Below are positions 61,669 through 64,000 of a stretch of DNA of 64,000 nucleotides, piece after piece. Origin of the DNA: a virus; the IMG/VR virus record IMGVR_UViG_3300020192_000009, positions 34,504 to 98,503 of that record; one strand, 5' to 3'. A program made the translations under genes and the position numbers. Numbering within the stretch: the first letter of the stretch is position 1; every line of letters begins with the position of its first letter. The notes below the pieces were generated by a model that saw only the letters and a program-made list of their open reading frames with translations, did not search any database and was not told the DNA's origin.

Positions 61669-62202
61669 TTACTCTTCTAGCGGCATAACGATTGCGAATG
61701 CGTCCCCGCATTCGACCCTGATAGGCGCCAGAGGATCTTTCTGAAATTTCAGTGTCACGATAGATTGACCCTTGGCGACGCCTATAGCCTCACAGGCTCG
61801 CAGCAATAGATACGGATCAATCTGTACACTCAGGACGGTTTTGGCGTCCTGCTCGACGACATTCCGCCACTGCGGAAACCGTTCGTCGCCTCGTGACCAA
61901 GTGCGCCCGTCTTCGATGCTTACTGAGTTGTCGAGCGCGGCAATATGGATCGTGCCTTTGTCTTGATGCGTTTTTAGCCGTCCCTTATCCACCCGCCTCG
62001 CCTCTGCTAGTGCCGCCAAAGGCACGTTGCCACCAACATCCTGCGGATCCAAGACGACGGGGACTACTGACATGGCGTGGCCATCCGTGGTCACGATCAC
62101 AGGTTTTTCAGGGTCTTTCGTGTCCAAGTAGGCTTGACATATGCAGGTGGCCGGGGTGGTGGATGCGGTCTTTTCTACTTGGTATCTGGCGTCAATTTTC
62201 AT
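61669..62202 (-). CDS. DNA polymerase III beta-clamp-like protein (partial)
   Basis: VTTDGHAM, RFPQWRNVV, IDPYLL, AIVMP. Confidence 0.6.
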   Translation of the reverse strand: MKIDARYQVEKTASTTPATCICQAYLDTKDPEKPVIVTTDGHAMSVVPVVLDPQDVGGNVPLAALAEARRVDKGRLKTHQDKGTIHIAALDNSVSIEDGRTWSRGDERFPQWRNVVEQDAKTVLSVQIDPYLLLRACEAIGVAKGQSIVTLKFQKDPLAPIRVECGDAFAIVMPLEE

Positions 62203-62343
62203 GTTTCTGTTCCTTTTTCGGCCACAGTGGCCGTTTTCGAGATCCACCCGGTTTCAGCCACCGTGGCCGTTTCGTATTGAGCTTGGTTTTCCCGTGAGAG
62301 GGTGTGTGTGTGTGGCTACAAACGTGGCACAGCGTACAGCGTG

Positions 62344-62613
62344 TCAGTCGGTGGGTGCGTCCACCAAGGGCGCGTAGCGAGTCCGCAAAGTTTCGGGCGC
62401 GTAGCACACGCGAAATGCGTTCAAGTCTGCTTGCGACGCGCGCCTAACACGTGTTCCGTGCAGCACATGAGCGGTGCCAGCGAGCAAGCTGTACGGTGGT
62501 GCGCCGCGAATCACCGACACCGCGAGCGGGGTGTGTAGGTGGGGCGTGTCGGACGCAATCACGCTAAGTGTGTGTTCGTCTAGCACGACGAGCGTTCGTG
62601 TGTTGGTGGGCAT
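62344..62613 (-). CDS. Hypothetical protein
   Basis: LVVLDEHTL...R.A...D..AFRV. Confidence 0.55.
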   Translation of the reverse strand: MPTNTRTLVVLDEHTLSVIASDTPHLHTPLAVSVIRGAPPYSLLAGTAHVLHGTRVRRASQADLNAFRVCYAPETLRTRYAPLVDAPTD

Positions 62614-62678
62614 AGGGGATCCGTTTGTATTTGCACGTCAGTGCGCGTATCACGCACTGACGTGCAAAGGTGGCAGGG

Positions 62679-63611
62679 TTACGCTTCGATTGCTTTGACG
62701 ATACGCGTGCCCGCGTACTCGTCGACGATCACCGTGGCCCATTCGATCACGCTGCCGCGGTCGTCATCCCCATCCACCTCGGTCCCGAGGCGCAGCAGTT
62801 CGGCGTGCGGGAAGTCCTCGCGCGCATTGAGAAGCGCATCTATCGCTGACTCCGAGGGGTTTCGTATTTCGTCCGTGTCGTCGGCTGCGTTGCCCCAGCG
62901 CCAGCCGGGACGATCAACAGCTAGGCGCTCGTCTCGGAGGAGTCCTGCACATTCGCACAGCAGTCCCGCGGCCACTGCTTTCTGCAGCCTGCTGGAACCG
63001 TGGAGTGTAATCCACGCTTCATCTGCACACAGCTCGGCTGCCAGGCGGCGATCAAGCTCCCTCGTGATACGTGCCTGTAGTTCTACAGGCAACAGGCCGA
63101 TATCGAACCAGAGTTGGTCGTGCTGCATCAGCTTGCCCGCGCGTTCGACGATGGTCGCATCCCCTGCCACGAACGACTCTGCGGTCTGCGTTTGCCGAGA
63201 CGCAATTCGCGCTTGGCGCTGCTCGTCCGCCAGGCGTTCCGCCTCGCGCGCGGCAGCATCGGCCAGGCGTTTCGGCACTTGGGCCGCCTCCTTTTGTCGA
63301 GCTTTTTCGACGGCGGCATCTCTGGCCGTCGCAATCTCGTCCCAGGTCGTTGCAGGTGCATCAAGTTCTACACAGATCGCGGACGAGTAGTACCGTTCCC
63401 GCTGTAGCTCGCCGGTTTTCGGGTCGAAGGCCCAGCCTATGACGTTTGTGACGTCAATTGATGGGACCCCATCGTACGCAATGTTTGCTTCCCCAATCAA
63501 AGCGGGTGTCGCTTCGAGGTGTAGCAGTTGTTCGGTTTTGCCGTTGCCGCCTGCGAGTAGGCTGGCACGTCGGCCTGCAAGTGTGAGCGCGTATTTCACT
63601 GTGATCTTCAT
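62679..63611 (-). CDS. Hypothetical protein with a coiled-coil middle
   Basis: Long ORF with GGAG RBS, start MKITVKY. Confidence 0.65.
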   Translation of the reverse strand: MKITVKYALTLAGRRASLLAGGNGKTEQLLHLEATPALIGEANIAYDGVPSIDVTNVIGWAFDPKTGELQRERYYSSAICVELDAPATTWDEIATARDAAVEKARQKEAAQVPKRLADAAAREAERLADEQRQARIASRQTQTAESFVAGDATIVERAGKLMQHDQLWFDIGLLPVELQARITRELDRRLAAELCADEAWITLHGSSRLQKAVAAGLLCECAGLLRDERLAVDRPGWRWGNAADDTDEIRNPSESAIDALLNAREDFPHAELLRLGTEVDGDDDRGSVIEWATVIVDEYAGTRIVKAIEA

Positions 63612-63728
63612 TGTGTCTCTTTTTCTCCCAGATCCGATCTGGGTGTAAACACGCGTCACCTTGACGCGTGGGTGTCTGATTGACTCCATGTGAAGCCTCA
63701 CACGCGTGAGGCTCCAAGGTGGAATCAA

Positions 63729-63968
63729 CTAGGCGTCGTTATCGGCGTCTTCGTCGATCAGTTCAATCGAGCATGTGGATTCGTCATCCGCGTCGCAATC
63801 TTCATCGTCTGCCGTTTCAACAGTTACGCGCATGAAATTTGCGCGGTATTGGTGCGTCTCAATGTGTCCTAGTTTCGTGACTTTGAAAAGGTCCGAACCG
63901 TTGCGAACGAATCCGCCAATTGAACAAAAACCGTTGCCACCTTCGGAAATTATCGCGTGTATAGCCAT
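63729..63968 (-). CDS. Small acidic hypothetical protein
   Basis: ORF with AAGGA RBS. Confidence 0.55.
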   Translation of the reverse strand: MAIHAIISEGGNGFCSIGGFVRNGSDLFKVTKLGHIETHQYRANFMRVTVETADDEDCDADDESTCSIELIDEDADNDA

Positions 63969-64000
63969 GGGGTTCCTTCTTTTTTCTGGTTAGGGGGGGG

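Overview
This looks like a gene-dense segment of a bacterial virus or prophage. It has no rRNA or tRNA genes, and I could recognise no terminase, portal or HK97 capsid gene. Left to right it contains: a kinase-like gene; a divergent RHH regulator and compact tyrosine recombinase; a + strand accessory region (ThyX, two DNA methyltransferases, a PAPS-reductase-like protein, a pentapeptide protein); a - strand lysis/structural region (M15 peptidase, two paralogous spike/fibre proteins, small basic and membrane proteins); and nucleotide kinases. A replication/recombination module follows, with a family-A polymerase split inside its exonuclease domain by a RecD-like helicase, plus UDG, SSB, Sak4-like ATPase, Cas4-like nuclease, RuvC-like resolvase and SNF2. 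There is also a cluster of nine paralogous Cys/His proteins. The main feature is a dispersed CRISPR-like system. Four arrays hold about 44 copies of one 36-37 bp repeat, GTGACAAAGGCTGTGCAATGCCTTTCAAAATTGCAAC, with very irregular 4-39 nt spacers and no cas1/cas2 in the window. Solo and degenerate repeat copies sit at gene starts. A 451-aa protein next to array 3 shows degenerate TnpB/Cas12(m/f)-like RuvC motifs, is flanked by an inverted pair of elements, and has a candidate tracr/scout-like RNA nearby. All protein calls come from motif recognition by eye; no database search was run.
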